DNA of 62,954 nucleotides, filler included, from Thraustochytrium aureum (taxonomy: Eukaryota): NCBI GenBank assembly GCA_012862495.1. It is 3 parts of 3 records of this genome, joined end to end, with 100 filler letters (N's around TTAATTAATTAA, not from the genome) between each part and the next. Parts side by side here need not be neighbours in the genome. Positions count along the whole stretch, not along the records: positions 1 to 25,435 come from BLSG01000213.1; 2 more parts are not named here. One strand, 5' to 3'. Under the pieces are notes generated by a model. It did not search any database, was not told the DNA's origin, and saw only the letters and a program-made list of their open reading frames with translations. Shown in pieces: positions 11,761 to 21,943 of the stretch (position 1 is its first letter; each line of letters starts with the position of its first letter). The position numbers and the translations under genes were made by a program.

Positions 11761-12314
11761 TCAGAAGGAGCGCGCAGGTCCAGGAGTCACCGTTGAAATC
11801 ACATGGACATCGATACAGCCTCCGATCCACGACGGACTGGCCGTCGACCCCTGCGGAACGGTGCGTTTGTCCAGCGGGAGGACCGACGCTCTTCGGTCCG
11901 ACAGCCTGTTCGGTCTGTGCCCCGCTCTGTCAACAGTCCAGGGCAAGCCTGCCTTGTTCCTCACTTTCGTGGCGCCAAAGCCTCACTGACGAGGCGGCGC
12001 TGCGCTTCGCGCCAGTCGCTCTCGCGCTCTGCGCGCAGACGGCTCGCTGGGCCCGACGCTCGAGGCCTGCCGAGCGCCTCTTGCACTGCAGGGACGCGCT
12101 CTGCCCTCTCCTGAAACACGCGCTTGGCCACCTTGACCCGGGGAAACAGCTCGCGGTACAGCGCCTGCAGCTCCGCCTCCAGCGCGCGCGCCCCGCCGTC
12201 CTTGCAGTTGCTTCGCTCCCAGCCAGTGCAGCCTGGCACTCGTCGCGTTTCTTGCGCGCCTTCCGCCGCGTCTTCCGAGCCGTGCGAGCTCGTGGAGCGG
12301 CCCGGTGGCAACAT
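11761..12314 (-). CDS. Hypothetical two-exon protein (putative intron 11906-11964)
   Basis: ATG 12314 (MLPPGRST...RALEAELQALYRELFPRVK...). GTGAGG donor at 11964 and CAG acceptor at 11906 remove an in-frame stop and join in frame to LSDRRASVLP...ARSF*. No family recognised. Confidence 0.4.
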
Positions 12315-13118
12315 TGCCGTGGAGCAGGTCACGGTCCCAGTCGTCCGCGCATTTTGCGCGGGCCGCCGCCGCCGCCATCCCGGAGCGCGTGCGCCAGCGC
12401 CAGCCCCGCGGGGTATGATTCGCGTACGCGTTGCCGTGCGCAGCCTGCGATGCCCACGCAGCCTGNNNNNNNNNNNNNNNNNNNNNNNNNNNNNNNNNNN
12501 NNNNNNNNNNNNNNNNNNNNNNNNNNNNNNNNNNNNNNNNNNNNNNNNNNNNNNNNNNNNNNNNNNNNNNNNNNNNNNNNNNNNNNNNNNNNNNNNNNNN
12601 NNNNNNNNNNNNNNNNNNNNNNNNNNNNNNNNNNNNNNNNNNNNNNNNNNNNNNNNNNNNNNNNNNNNNNNNNNNNNNNNNNNNNNNNNNNNNNNNNNNN
12701 NNNNNNNNNNNNNNNNNNNNNNNNNNNNNNNNNNNNNNNNNNNNNNNNNNNNNNNNNNNNNNNNNNNNNNNNNNNNNNNNNNNNNNNNNNNNNNNNNNNN
12801 NNNNNNNNNNNNNNNNNNNNNNNNNNNNNNNNNNNNNNNNNNNNNNNNNNNNNNNNNNNNNNNNNNNNNNNNNNNNNNNNNNNNNNNNNNNNNNNNNNNN
12901 NNNNNNNNNNNNNNNNNNNNNNNNNNNNNNNNNNNNNNNNNNNNNNNNNNNNNNNNNNNNNNNNNNNNNNNNNNNNNNNNNNNNNNNNNNNNNNNNNNNN
13001 NNNNNNNNNNNNNNNNNNNNNNNNNNNNNNNNNNNNNNNNNNNNNNNNNNNNNNNNNNNNNNNNNNNNNNNNNNNNNNNNNNNNNNNNNNNNNNNNNNNN
13101 NNNNNNNNNNNNNNNNNN

Positions 13119-14582
13119 GGCGGCGTGGGCGAGGAGGACGAGGTCGGCGAGCTCGCTGGCCGCCTCGCCAGGACGGAAATCTCTGGCGGGCATGGCGCTG
13201 ACAAAAACGACAACGACGACGACGGCTACGAGGACGAGGAAGCCGGTGCCTGCCTGCACGGCATCGCCAACATCGGCAACTCGTGCTACCTCAACGCGGT
13301 CCTCCAAGTGCTCGCTCACTGCCCCTTGCTCACGGTATCGATTGAGGAGATGCTGAGCGAGAACGAGCGGTGCAAGGGCGACGCCGACCTGGGCTTTAGC
13401 GAGGCTGTCCTGGAGGTGCTCCTTGCGGTTCGTGACGGTTCGGTGGCTTCGGATGCCGGAAGGCGGGACAAGTCCAAACGGGCTGGTGGCGCGCAGGCCA
13501 AGACCGTCCACCCGCGTCGCGCCTTGGGCTTTATCATGGACAAGGCGCCGCAACTCTCGGGGTTCAGGCAGCAAGACGCTCACGAGTTGTTGGTTGAGCT
13601 GCTGCGTGGGCTCGAAGAGGACGAGAAGAGCACCAGGGCTTCCGACGACGAGACTCGCCCGTTCGTCTCGGAGCTCTTCTCTCCCGACGTGCGCAGAACA
13701 GTCACCTGCGGCCACTGCGGTCACGAGTCGAGCAGGACAGAAGAGAGCGTCATCACGAGCCTCGACGTCTCGGACGACGTCGAGGAAACCACCGTGCAGA
13801 CCTGCGCCGCAGGATTTGTGTCCACGACCCAGCTTGCTGTCGCGGATGGCAACGGGCTGCACTGTGACAACTGCTCCAGCGTTTCGCGAATAAATACAGA
13901 GCAAAGCCCGACCTTGGCTCCAGAGCCGAGCGCCCCTTGCGCCGATTCGACGGGCGCCTGCGACCCCACTCGTGTAGATTCTGACGCGGCCGTTGCGGGC
14001 GGTGCCGGAGAGGCCGACGACCAAGGTGGCGCGGCCGCTCCAGACGGCGAGGGCAGCAACAGCAACAACAATCAAGGGCGTCCAACGGCGCCGCTCCGCC
14101 GAGACGCGACCGTTGCAGAGCGGCTCGTCCGCGCGCCGCCGCTCCTCGTGCTGCACCTCAAGCGCTTCCGCACAGAGTTCAAGAAGGGGCGCGTCGTGTC
14201 GCGCAAAGTTGGCACGTTGGTCGAGCTGGCGGACCGCGAGGTCTTCGCTTTTGGTGGCGCGCCGACCGCGTACCGGCTCTTTGGCGTCGTGGCGCACCGA
14301 GGGAGCTCGCTGCACGGCGGCCACTATATCTGCTTCGTGCGGCCCTCTGCCGCGAACGGCCGCCGCGGCAAGTGGTGGTTTGCGAGCGATTCGAAGGTGC
14401 TGTGCGTCAAGCAGCGCTCTGTGGCCCTGTCCAACCCGGGCGCCTACCTGGCCTTTTACGAAGCAGTTGGCCCCTCCGCGACTGGCAGTGCGACGGATAG
14501 TGCGACTGACAGCGAGGCCGCTCGTGTCGGCCAGGCTGACGGCGACCAAGTCGTCGCGCTGCCAGCGCAATGTTTAGAATAG
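13119..14582 (+). CDS. Ubiquitin-specific protease (peptidase C19); 5' end in gap
   Basis: Cys box GIANIGNSCYLNAVLQ, QQDAHE, two CxxC zinc-finger pairs, LVLHLKRF, His box HRGSSLHGGHYICFVR, WWFASD. Confidence 0.93.
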   Translation, partial: GGVGEEDEVGELAGRLARTEISGGHGADKNDNDDDGYEDEEAGACLHGIANIGNSCYLNAVLQVLAHCPLLTVSIEEMLSENERCKGDADLGFSEAVLEVLLAVRDGSVASDAGRRDKSKRAGGAQAKTVHPRRALGFIMDKAPQLSGFRQQDAHELLVELLRGLEEDEKSTRASDDETRPFVSELFSPDVRRTVTCGHCGHESSRTEESVITSLDVSDDVEETTVQTCAAGFVSTTQLAVADGNGLHCDNCSSVSRINTEQSPTLAPEPSAPCADSTGACDPTRVDSDAAVAGGAGEADDQGGAAAPDGEGSNSNNNQGRPTAPLRRDATVAERLVRAPPLLVLHLKRFRTEFKKGRVVSRKVGTLVELADREVFAFGGAPTAYRLFGVVAHRGSSLHGGHYICFVRPSAANGRRGKWWFASDSKVLCVKQRSVALSNPGAYLAFYEAVGPSATGSATDSATDSEAARVGQADGDQVVALPAQCLE

Positions 14583-14753
14583 AGCGAACGCTGCGGCCCA
14601 GCGTCGTCCAGCCAACGAATGTCCTGCCCAAGCCGTGCCACGTGGTCGGTCGAGGCTTGGCGCGGAGTACTGGGCTGCATGCAGCGCCGCGCTCCGCGCG
14701 TGCACAGGGGAGGGAGGAGAGGGTTCAGGAAAGGGGAAAAGGCTTTACCGACT

Positions 14754-14958
14754 GTGTTTCTCGCCTAGGGGCTAACAGNNNNNNNNNNNNNNNNNNNNNN
14801 NNNNNNNNNNNNNNNNNNNNNNNNNNNNNNNNNNNNNNNNNNNNNNNNNNNNNNNNNNNNNNNNNNNNNNNNNNNNNNNNNNNNNNNNNNNNNNNNNNNN
14901 NNNNNNNNNNNNNNNNNNNNNNNNNNNNNNNNNGTGTTTCTCGCCTAGGGGCTAACAG
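14754..14958 (+). repeat. 25-bp sequence repeated on both sides of an N gap (collapsed tandem repeat or contig overlap)
   Basis: GTGTTTCTCGCCTAGGGGCTAACAG at 14754-14778 and 14934-14958. Confidence 0.75.
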
Positions 14959-14978
14959 AGCCGCGCCGGCCCAGTTGG

Positions 14979-16271
14979 TCACGACATCCGCAAAGTGTAC
15001 CCGCCGCGGCCGCCCTCCGGCTCCACCGCTCGAGTAATGTAGCGAACCCACGGGAGGGCCTGGTAGCCGCTCTTCTCAATGATCTTGAGGTAGCGCACCT
15101 GGATCCCGCTGACGGTAAAGTAGGGGATCTCAAAGCTGACCTGGCAGGGCTTTTTCCACGACATGTCCGTCGCGTCGGTGGTGGACGGGAGGCCAAAGTG
15201 CGCCCGCATGAGGTACTCGCGCTGGCCGTAAAACTGCTTGATGTTCCACACGATCGCGTCCTTGTCGGGCACGTAGGTGACCGTCCCGATGCTAGCCTTG
15301 AAACTGGGCGAGTCAGCATCAGGCGGCACGGCGATCATTATCTGGACGTTGTTGGCGATCGACCGCGACTTGAACTGGGAGCGCGCCTTGATCATGTACT
15401 CGACGCGGCTCGTCTTGTGCGGCTCGACGACGGCCTCTACCCAGATCAGTGGCTTGACGTGCGTGTTGAGGCGGTAGCTCATGAGCTCAAACTCGCCGTC
15501 CGGCGGCACAAAGCTGATCGTGCGGTCGTTCTCGAAGCGCGCTAGCCGCACGCACTGGTGGAACTTGATGTCCTCCATCTCGACGGCCTTGCCCTTCGTA
15601 AAGTTTCGCCCCGAGGCCTTGAACATCAGCTTGTCGTTCAGGCCCAGCTTGAGCTCGGGCATGCCGCTCAGGAACGACTTCATCTGGATCTTGCCCTGGA
15701 TCTCGCTGTGCAGGACCTGGCCGGAGCTGGAGACCAGCAGGTTGAGCGTCTCAATCACGTCCAGAAAGATCTCATTCTTGCGGTGCACGATGCCTTCCGA
15801 GCGCCACGACACGGCATTCGTGAGCGCGAGCGGGGGCCTTGGCTGTTTTTCTGCGCGAAATCCGCTCTGCGTGATGTACTCGGCAAGGATCTTTTGCTCC
15901 GTGGTTTGCGGGTACCCAAAGTCCATGGTCTCGTCCAGCAGCTCGAACGTGATGACAAAGTTGTCGCGCAACGACTCCTCGGTCACTTCGCCAAAGTAGC
16001 CCTTCAGCACCTCGCACAGCTTGACCATGTAGACCATGGTCATCATCGCGTTGATGTTGGCCTTGGTCACGCTCAGCACGTACAGGTTGCCGTACTGCAG
16101 GCAAACATACGTCACGCCGTTCTCCACATACACGGGCTTAAAATCTGTCTCGTCCTCCTCTTGCAGCCTCGACGCGAACCGCTCAATCGTCGAAATCGGC
16201 ACGTCCCCGCGGTAGTTCCTACTGATCAGGATCTTGCCCTTGAGATCCGTCAAGAACAGCGCGCTCGCCAT
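14979..16271 (-). CDS. AP1M1: AP-1 clathrin adaptor complex subunit mu
   Basis: Intact 430-aa ORF: DLKGKILISRNYRGD, EESLRDNFVI, LALTNAVSWRSEGI, SGMPELKLGLNDK, EDIKFHQCVRL, FEIPYFTVSGIQVRYLKIIEKSGYQALPWVRYIT. Confidence 0.97.
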   Translation of the reverse strand: MASALFLTDLKGKILISRNYRGDVPISTIERFASRLQEEDETDFKPVYVENGVTYVCLQYGNLYVLSVTKANINAMMTMVYMVKLCEVLKGYFGEVTEESLRDNFVITFELLDETMDFGYPQTTEQKILAEYITQSGFRAEKQPRPPLALTNAVSWRSEGIVHRKNEIFLDVIETLNLLVSSSGQVLHSEIQGKIQMKSFLSGMPELKLGLNDKLMFKASGRNFTKGKAVEMEDIKFHQCVRLARFENDRTISFVPPDGEFELMSYRLNTHVKPLIWVEAVVEPHKTSRVEYMIKARSQFKSRSIANNVQIMIAVPPDADSPSFKASIGTVTYVPDKDAIVWNIKQFYGQREYLMRAHFGLPSTTDATDMSWKKPCQVSFEIPYFTVSGIQVRYLKIIEKSGYQALPWVRYITRAVEPEGGRGGYTLRMS

Positions 16272-16671
16272 CGTGCCTCGCGGTTACCGTCCAGGGCGGT
16301 CCAGGCCTCTTCCCCAACGTGCCCCGATCAGTGCGCGCGCGCGCCCAACAGCCCTCGTCGCCGGCCTCAACTTGAACGCGCTCGCGCAAAGCCCAGCACG
16401 CTGCCTGCGCCTTCGCTCTGCACCACACCGCCTCGGGCNNNNNNNNNNNNNNNNNNNNNNNNNNNNNNNNNNNNNNNNNNNNNNNNNNNNNNNNNNNNNN
16501 NNNNNNNNNNNNNNNNNNNNNNNNNNNNNNNNNNNNNNNNNNNNNNNNNNNNNNNNNNNNNNNNNNNNNNNNNNNNNNNNNNNNNNNNNNNNNNNNNNNN
16601 NNNNNNNNNNNNNNNNNNNNNNNNNNNNNNNNNNNNNNNNNNNNNNNNNNNNNNAGAAGCGGCCAGGGGAC

Positions 16672-16956
16672 GTGACTCGGAGGGACTCGTGACGAGGGCG
16701 TCCAGTTGCGCAGCACCCGTGACGAAGGGGGCAGGTGTCACGTCGACCTACCTTGTGACGTGCGTGAGATTGACCCCTGCGGTCACGTTCACGCGCGTCA
16801 CAGGCTCGTCTTCTGTGACGAGGGCAACTCCCGCGCAGCACTGCAGCACTGCCACACGCCTGTTGTCACTACACTGGCCCCCTACGTGTCGCGCATCCCC
16901 CGATCACGCCCCCAAAGTCACGTCACTCCCGGGCGCACTCCAATGCCGGTCGTCAC
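16672..16956. promoter_or_regulatory. Homotypic cluster of GTGAC/GTCAC motifs in the divergent promoter between AP1M1 and the 17155 ORF
   Basis: 12 exact copies at 16672, 16689, 16719, 16737, 16755, 16782, 16797, 16815, 16865, 16917, 16922 and 16952. Regulatory role is inferred. Confidence 0.6.
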
Positions 16957-17154
16957 GCGAGACCCGCCACATCACGAGAAGAGTGCGTCTCCCAGACCCC
17001 GCTGTTACGAGAGGTGTGTGTCGTCTCTCGCGGGAGTCGCCCGACAGCGAGCGAGTGGCAGCAATCGGTGCGCGAATTGTTGCGGAGGTCGAGGCAGCTG
17101 GACACTCTGCGGTGCGTTGTGGCGCGGCGGCCTCGTTGTATCGATAGAAAGAAG

Positions 17155-17526
17155 ATGGACGGCGACGGTCCTGGCGCCGTGCTGGGGCCCTGTGCTGCAG
17201 GGCGTGCCAGGTGCCTGGGAAAGGTCACGTTGTTCCCGTCGGCGTTCGTGGGCAGCGGCGCCTTGGAGGCCACCGTGAGCTTGGACGCGCTGCCCACGGC
17301 GAGAATCAGAGACGACGGACGGCTGGTGGACGCCGCGGGGCAGGCCTTTGACAGCGTTAGCGATTTCGTGGAAGCGAGCTGTGTGGAGTTTTACAGGCGG
17401 CAGAGCAGCGATAGCGACGAGGACAACGCGCTCGGGAAGGGCGGGGCCGAAAGCGGCTTCGACCTTGATGAAGAGGGGTTCACCTCGGTTGGCCTTGATT
17501 GGAAGTGGCCCGAGGACCCCAAATAG
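17155..17526 (+). CDS. Small acidic protein with RAMA-domain-like motif
   Basis: 123-aa ORF. ARIRDDGRLVDAAGQAFDSVSDFV...GFTSV..DW resembles the RAMA pattern seen in MPND (GDLQPDGRI..GQTFNSPSAWA...GWASV). Confidence 0.55.
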   Translation: MDGDGPGAVLGPCAAGRARCLGKVTLFPSAFVGSGALEATVSLDALPTARIRDDGRLVDAAGQAFDSVSDFVEASCVEFYRRQSSDSDEDNALGKGGAESGFDLDEEGFTSVGLDWKWPEDPK

Positions 17527-18256
17527 GCCGCGCTCGCTATTTCGTGTGTAGAATTTGCAGCCGCGTCAGTGCTGACACTGCTCGTCGTTTGTAGCACTGG
17601 CGTGCAAGGCCCGACGAACGCAGTGCCGGCAGTGTGGCAGGTTAGCCAGCCAATAGATAGTCAACTCGGGGTAATGCTTTCTCTATCTTGGTCAAGTAGA
17701 AGAATGCTCTGGCGGTGGGTGGGCGGCCTATCTCGCCGGAAGGGGCGGGCGCGGCGAAGAATCGACCCTTTTCAAAGAGTTGCAGATGCCAGACGATAAG
17801 TCAGTAAGGTACTCTCCGCGGGCAAAGATGCTGGTACCGAGTACTCTCGGGTCACCCCACTCTACACGCCCGCTTTGGTTGGTGGAGCAGCAGAACCGCA
17901 AGCCTGCCAAGTGAAAGAGAAAAGGCGCAACAGCAAACGGCCTGACCCGCGCCATCATGATGTTGTCAGCCTGGGAACGCCTCGTTGGCGGCCTGCATTG
18001 TTCTCTTTCGCAGCCGATTAGGTGGAACGCGGCAACGACCCCTCTTGCTTTCGCACCAAACAGGAGTGCTCGGCTGACTATGCGGTGCACATAACACGCG
18101 TGCGGCTTTGCTGCGCGCAGCTTGCAACTGGCTTCGCGGCGGCTGCTCCAAGAGCATTGTAAGGTGCTCTACTTCGCCGTGGCCCACTCAGCAAACCGAG
18201 GGTCCAGAAGTGAGAAACAAACAAAAAAAGCAATCAGCGGTTCGCTCAGAATGAGC

Positions 18257-21220
18257 CTAGAGCTCGTCTTTCTCCTCAGTGGCCTCCTCAGCCCCCTCGC
18301 CAGCGCCACTCGACCCAGCCGCGCCGCTCTCTTCGTCAGCCTTGCCAGCAGCCTCGGCTTCCGGCTCCGCCTCGCTGGCGCCCTCGGCCTCCTTTGCGCC
18401 GTCCTTGCCCTTGTCCTTGGCCTTGGGCGACTTCTTCTTGGCGGGCTTCTTGGGCGCCGGCGGGCGCGGCGGTGCCCGCTTCAGAGCAGTCTCGAAAATG
18501 TCGTGCAACTGCTCGAGCTGCGCCGCGACGTCGGCGGCGGTGAGGAGCGGGTCTTGCTGCAGACTAGTTGCGTCTTGCTCGGCCACTCTGGCGTCCAGCC
18601 AGGCCTCAAAGGCGTCTGTGGTGCTCAGCACGAGCTGTTTCTCTGGCTCGGTAATCCACGGGCGCTCCTTCGCCCAGTGCGAGCCAACTTGGGTGCGGAT
18701 GGTGGCTACGAGCTTGCGCGCAGCGCGAACGGTGGCCGGCCGCTGGTCGAGCTCGTCGATCCGCTTGAAGATTTTCCTGAGCTGCTTTTCGATTTCGCCG
18801 CGGCGCTTCTTGTACTCCTCAACGGGGGCGTTGCTACCCTCCTCGTCGTCGAGCCAGTCTTCGAGCGCCTCCAGGTCTTCGAAGAGCTTCTCTTTGTCCT
18901 CGGCAGTCATGACCTGGTCCACCTCCTCGTCGCTGGACCTCACCTTGTCGCGCGACCCGAAGATGTACCCCTCCAGCTCGTTCTTGGCGGCTTCGTGCAG
19001 GCGTTGGGCCTCTTCCTTGGAGTCATAGCTGACCAGCAGCGCGCGCGCCGCGGCGATCCCCTCGGGCCCCAGCGGCTTGAGCTTGAGCACAGAGTCGGTG
19101 CGCGTCACAGTCAGCTTGAAGCGGTGCGTCTTCTTCGTTGGCCCCTTGGGCTTGTCTTTCTTGCCCTTCTTTGCGCCCTTCTTGCTGTCCTTGGCGTCCT
19201 TGGCCTCGGCGGAGCTCTCGCCCGCGTCAGCCTCTTTGCCGTCCTCTGCGGCGGCTTCGCTAGCGTCCTCCGCGGCGTCCGCGGCGGCCTCACTGTCGCC
19301 CTCTGCTGCTTTGCTGCTCGCCGCAGCGGCGCCGTCGGCCGCAGCGGCTTCCTCGCTTGCCGCCGTGGCATTTTCAGCGCCCTCGCCTTCCGCCTCGGGC
19401 GCCTCCGGCTCGGCCGGGATCTCTTCGATGAACTGCGCCTCTGCTCGAGGCAGGACGACAGTGTCGTTGCTCGAGAGGTGAAACGTGAGCGAGATCTTGG
19501 GCTCGCCGAACTGACCAAANNNNNNNNNNNNNNNNNNNNNNNNNNNNNNNNNNNNNNNNNNNNNNNNNNNNNNNNNNNNNNNNNNNNNNNNNNNNNNNNN
19601 NNNNNNNNNNNNNNNNNNNNNNNNNNNNNNNNNNNNNNNNNNNNNNNNNNNNNNNNNNNNNNNNNNGAACTGACCAAATTTTTCGATGGCATCTGCCAAC
19701 CCAGTCACGCGGTACTCGGCTACAGGCGTGCCGGCGGCGCCATCCTGCGTACCGCGCAAAAGCGTGCAGACCACATCGCCCTTGTGCTTGAAGCCGACAA
19801 GCTTGCGCACATCCAGAGGGCTCGAAGCGTTAAACAGCAGCGTGTTCTTGGTCCAGGCGCTGTCGTTTGGGTCGGTCAGCTGGACGCTCACAGCGTCGGT
19901 GGTGATGTCCACGAGGCCGACGGGACGCACGCGAAAGGTCTTGCTCATGTTGGCGCCCACAAAAACAGCTCCAAAGGCCTTGGCTTCGTCGCCGTTCAAG
20001 TGGTTTCCCAGCTCCATGCCCTGCAGGTACTCGGAGAGCATATCCTTGACTCGCGGGACGCGGATCCCGCCGCCAATGAGCTCGACCGCGTGCAAGTCGG
20101 CCAGCGTGATCCCAGCGGCCTTGAGCACAGTCTCGATGGGGGCGACAACGCGGTCGAAGAGAGACTTGCCCTGGTCCTCGAACTCTTTGCGCGTGACGTG
20201 CATGCGGAGGTCCTTGCCCTTGAAGAGGCTCTCGATGGAGACGGGGATCTCCATGTTGGCGCTCAGCACGGTTTTTACCGCGGTGGCTTGGCGGCGGATC
20301 CGCTCAAACGCGCGGCGCGAGGCGCGCACGGTGCTGCCGATGGCGCCCATATGCATCTTGTCGAACGCGTCGATGATCATGTCCACCATGGTCATGTCGA
20401 AGAGGTCGCCGCCCAGGGTCTCATCCCAGGCCTTGGCCAGCACCTCGACCTGGGTGGTGGACCGGCCGCCCTTGCCGGGCGAGGGCTTGCCCCAAAAGTT
20501 GATCAGGGATACCTTGGTGCTCGCACTCCCCATGTTGTACACAAGAACCTTGTGGGAGGCGTTCGTAAACTCGGTGTAGATCCCGTGCTGCACAGCGGCG
20601 GCCACGTTCTCGTCCACGAGCGTGAGCACGTTGAACCCCGCGATCTCTGCAGCGCTCAAGAGAGCCTCGCGCTGGCTCTGCGTGAAGAAGGAGGGCACGG
20701 TGATCACGCAGTCGGACACGTCGGTCTCGGTGTACTTGGCGGTCATGCGCTTGATGTTGCTCAAGAGCATGCCCACGGCTTCCTCGGGGCGGAGAACGAC
20801 CTCGTGGCTTGTGCCCTTGGCCAGAACCACCTTGAACCCGCCCGTTTCTTCGTCGTCGACGTAATCGTACTTGATCCCGAGCGCGTCTTCGAGGTGGCGG
20901 ATCTGCTCGCTGTCCTTTGTTGTGCCAAGCAGGTCGCGCGAACGCAGGAGGACGTTGGCCGGCTCGCGCGACCCGAGCGACATCGCGTCTGTCCCGTACA
21001 GCCTTGCCCCGCGATCAAACCCGATTGCATTCGGCGTTTTCCTCTTACTGTTGTCATTGAGCACAATGTCGAACGCCTTGCCGGGCTGCACGTACGCCGC
21101 CTTGATAAAATTCGTGCCAAAGTCGATCCCAACGATCCCCGCAGCCTGCCCAACCTGCACCACGGACGCAACCGCCAGCACCGCCGCCAGCACCCCGACG
21201 GTCCAGCCCGCCCGCGCCAT
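18257..21220 (-). CDS. HYOU1: ER-lumenal Hsp70-family nucleotide exchange factor GRP170/HYOU1
   Basis: Signal peptide MARAGWTVGVLAAVLAVAS, VGIDFGT, IVLNDNSKRKTP, DCVITVPSFFTQSQR, WDETLGG, ELIGGGIRVP, LNGDEA, KNELEGYIF, C-terminal KDEL. Confidence 0.95.
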   Translation of the reverse strand: MARAGWTVGVLAAVLAVASVVQVGQAAGIVGIDFGTNFIKAAYVQPGKAFDIVLNDNSKRKTPNAIGFDRGARLYGTDAMSLGSREPANVLLRSRDLLGTTKDSEQIRHLEDALGIKYDYVDDEETGGFKVVLAKGTSHEVVLRPEEAVGMLLSNIKRMTAKYTETDVSDCVITVPSFFTQSQREALLSAAEIAGFNVLTLVDENVAAAVQHGIYTEFTNASHKVLVYNMGSASTKVSLINFWGKPSPGKGGRSTTQVEVLAKAWDETLGGDLFDMTMVDMIIDAFDKMHMGAIGSTVRASRRAFERIRRQATAVKTVLSANMEIPVSIESLFKGKDLRMHVTRKEFEDQGKSLFDRVVAPIETVLKAAGITLADLHAVELIGGGIRVPRVKDMLSEYLQGMELGNHLNGDEAKAFGAVFVGANMSKTFRVRPVGLVDITTDAVSVQLTDPNDSAWTKNTLLFNASSPLDVRKLVGFKHKGDVVCTLLRGTQDGAAGTPVAEYRVTGLADAIEKFGQFXXXXXXXXXXXXXXXXXXXXXXXXXXXXXXXXXXXXXXXXXXXXXXXXXFGQFGEPKISLTFHLSSNDTVVLPRAEAQFIEEIPAEPEAPEAEGEGAENATAASEEAAAADGAAAASSKAAEGDSEAAADAAEDASEAAAEDGKEADAGESSAEAKDAKDSKKGAKKGKKDKPKGPTKKTHRFKLTVTRTDSVLKLKPLGPEGIAAARALLVSYDSKEEAQRLHEAAKNELEGYIFGSRDKVRSSDEEVDQVMTAEDKEKLFEDLEALEDWLDDEEGSNAPVEEYKKRRGEIEKQLRKIFKRIDELDQRPATVRAARKLVATIRTQVGSHWAKERPWITEPEKQLVLSTTDAFEAWLDARVAEQDATSLQQDPLLTAADVAAQLEQLHDIFETALKRAPPRPPAPKKPAKKKSPKAKDKGKDGAKEAEGASEAEPEAEAAGKADEESGAAGSSGAGEGAEEATEEKDEL

Positions 21221-21501
21221 CGACCTACGACCAGGCCGACCAGCGGCAGCCCACAACCCGAAAATCCCACGTCGACCGATCAATCAATCAACCGATCAAT
21301 CAACCACTAGCGCGTACGCTCGAGTCCTCTCACGCCACGACGCGTGCCGCAACACGCTCGACCAATAGGGCTCTGCTCCGCCTCCCTCGCCAACCGCCTC
21401 CAAGGTTGCCAACCTGGCGGGATCCTGTTGGCCGAAATTTTTAACACACCTACGCCTCGAAAGACCCTCTTTGCGCCTCTGCACAGCCTGTCACCTACAA
21501 A

Positions 21502-21699
21502 TACTGAAGTTCAATAGTTGAGCCCATCGAAACACCGCAAACCCATCTTTTTATACTGAATTTCAGTTTTCATACTATTGTACTTCAATAGTTGTAAGCA
21601 CAAAGGTGTCGTCGAACATTGACTGTTTGATCCTTGACTATTGACTATTGACATGCATGGGGAATAGGTGTTCTGGGGTCTGTGTATTGTAATTCAGTA
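21502..21699. promoter_or_regulatory. AT-rich divergent promoter (HYOU1/RPB6) with four TAYTG-N5-CARTA palindromes
   Basis: TACTGaagttCAATA 21502, TACTGaatttCAGTT 21554 (one mismatch), TATTGtacttCAATA 21576, TATTGtaattCAGTA 21685, plus TTGACTATTGACTATTGAC half-sites. Confidence 0.6.
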
Positions 21700-21943
21700 C
21701 TCGTCAAGAGGCGCCGCGGGTGGAGCAGACCAGCATTGACCCGAGCAGAGCGCGCGCGAAGTGGCACTTGGGCTAGGCAGGCAGGCGGGCGGGCGGGCTT
21801 GGAGGGGCTCTGCTTGGCTGGATTGCTGGCTTGGTTGCTGCGAGAAGGCCTGCGTTGCGCCGGCGTTGAGGCGCGCCTTGCTTGCTTGGACGGCCTCGCG
21901 TTGCTTGTTTGGTTTGGCGGTGGTTGGCGGAGCCCTTGCCGCG

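Noticed and set aside
11658..14582. 974-aa ORF spanning the gap, and other ORFs bridging N runs
   Set aside because: Frames across estimated-length gaps are arbitrary. Only the post-gap USP part has support.
17950..18080. Box C/D snoRNA (ATGATG...CTGA)
   Set aside because: Imperfect C box, no convincing terminal stem and no rRNA guide that I can identify.
19508..19678. Internal repeat or insertion in HYOU1
   Set aside because: The same 12-mer GAACTGACCAAA flanks both sides of the gap and the protein reads continuously (KFGQFGEPK) if merged. It is probably an unmerged contig overlap.
18122..21310. 1062-aa plus-strand ORF and similar long antisense ORFs (40698-42446, 42614-43813, 15558-17147)
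   Set aside because: These are shadows of real genes on the opposite strand caused by GC-rich codon usage; they contain no recognisable motifs.
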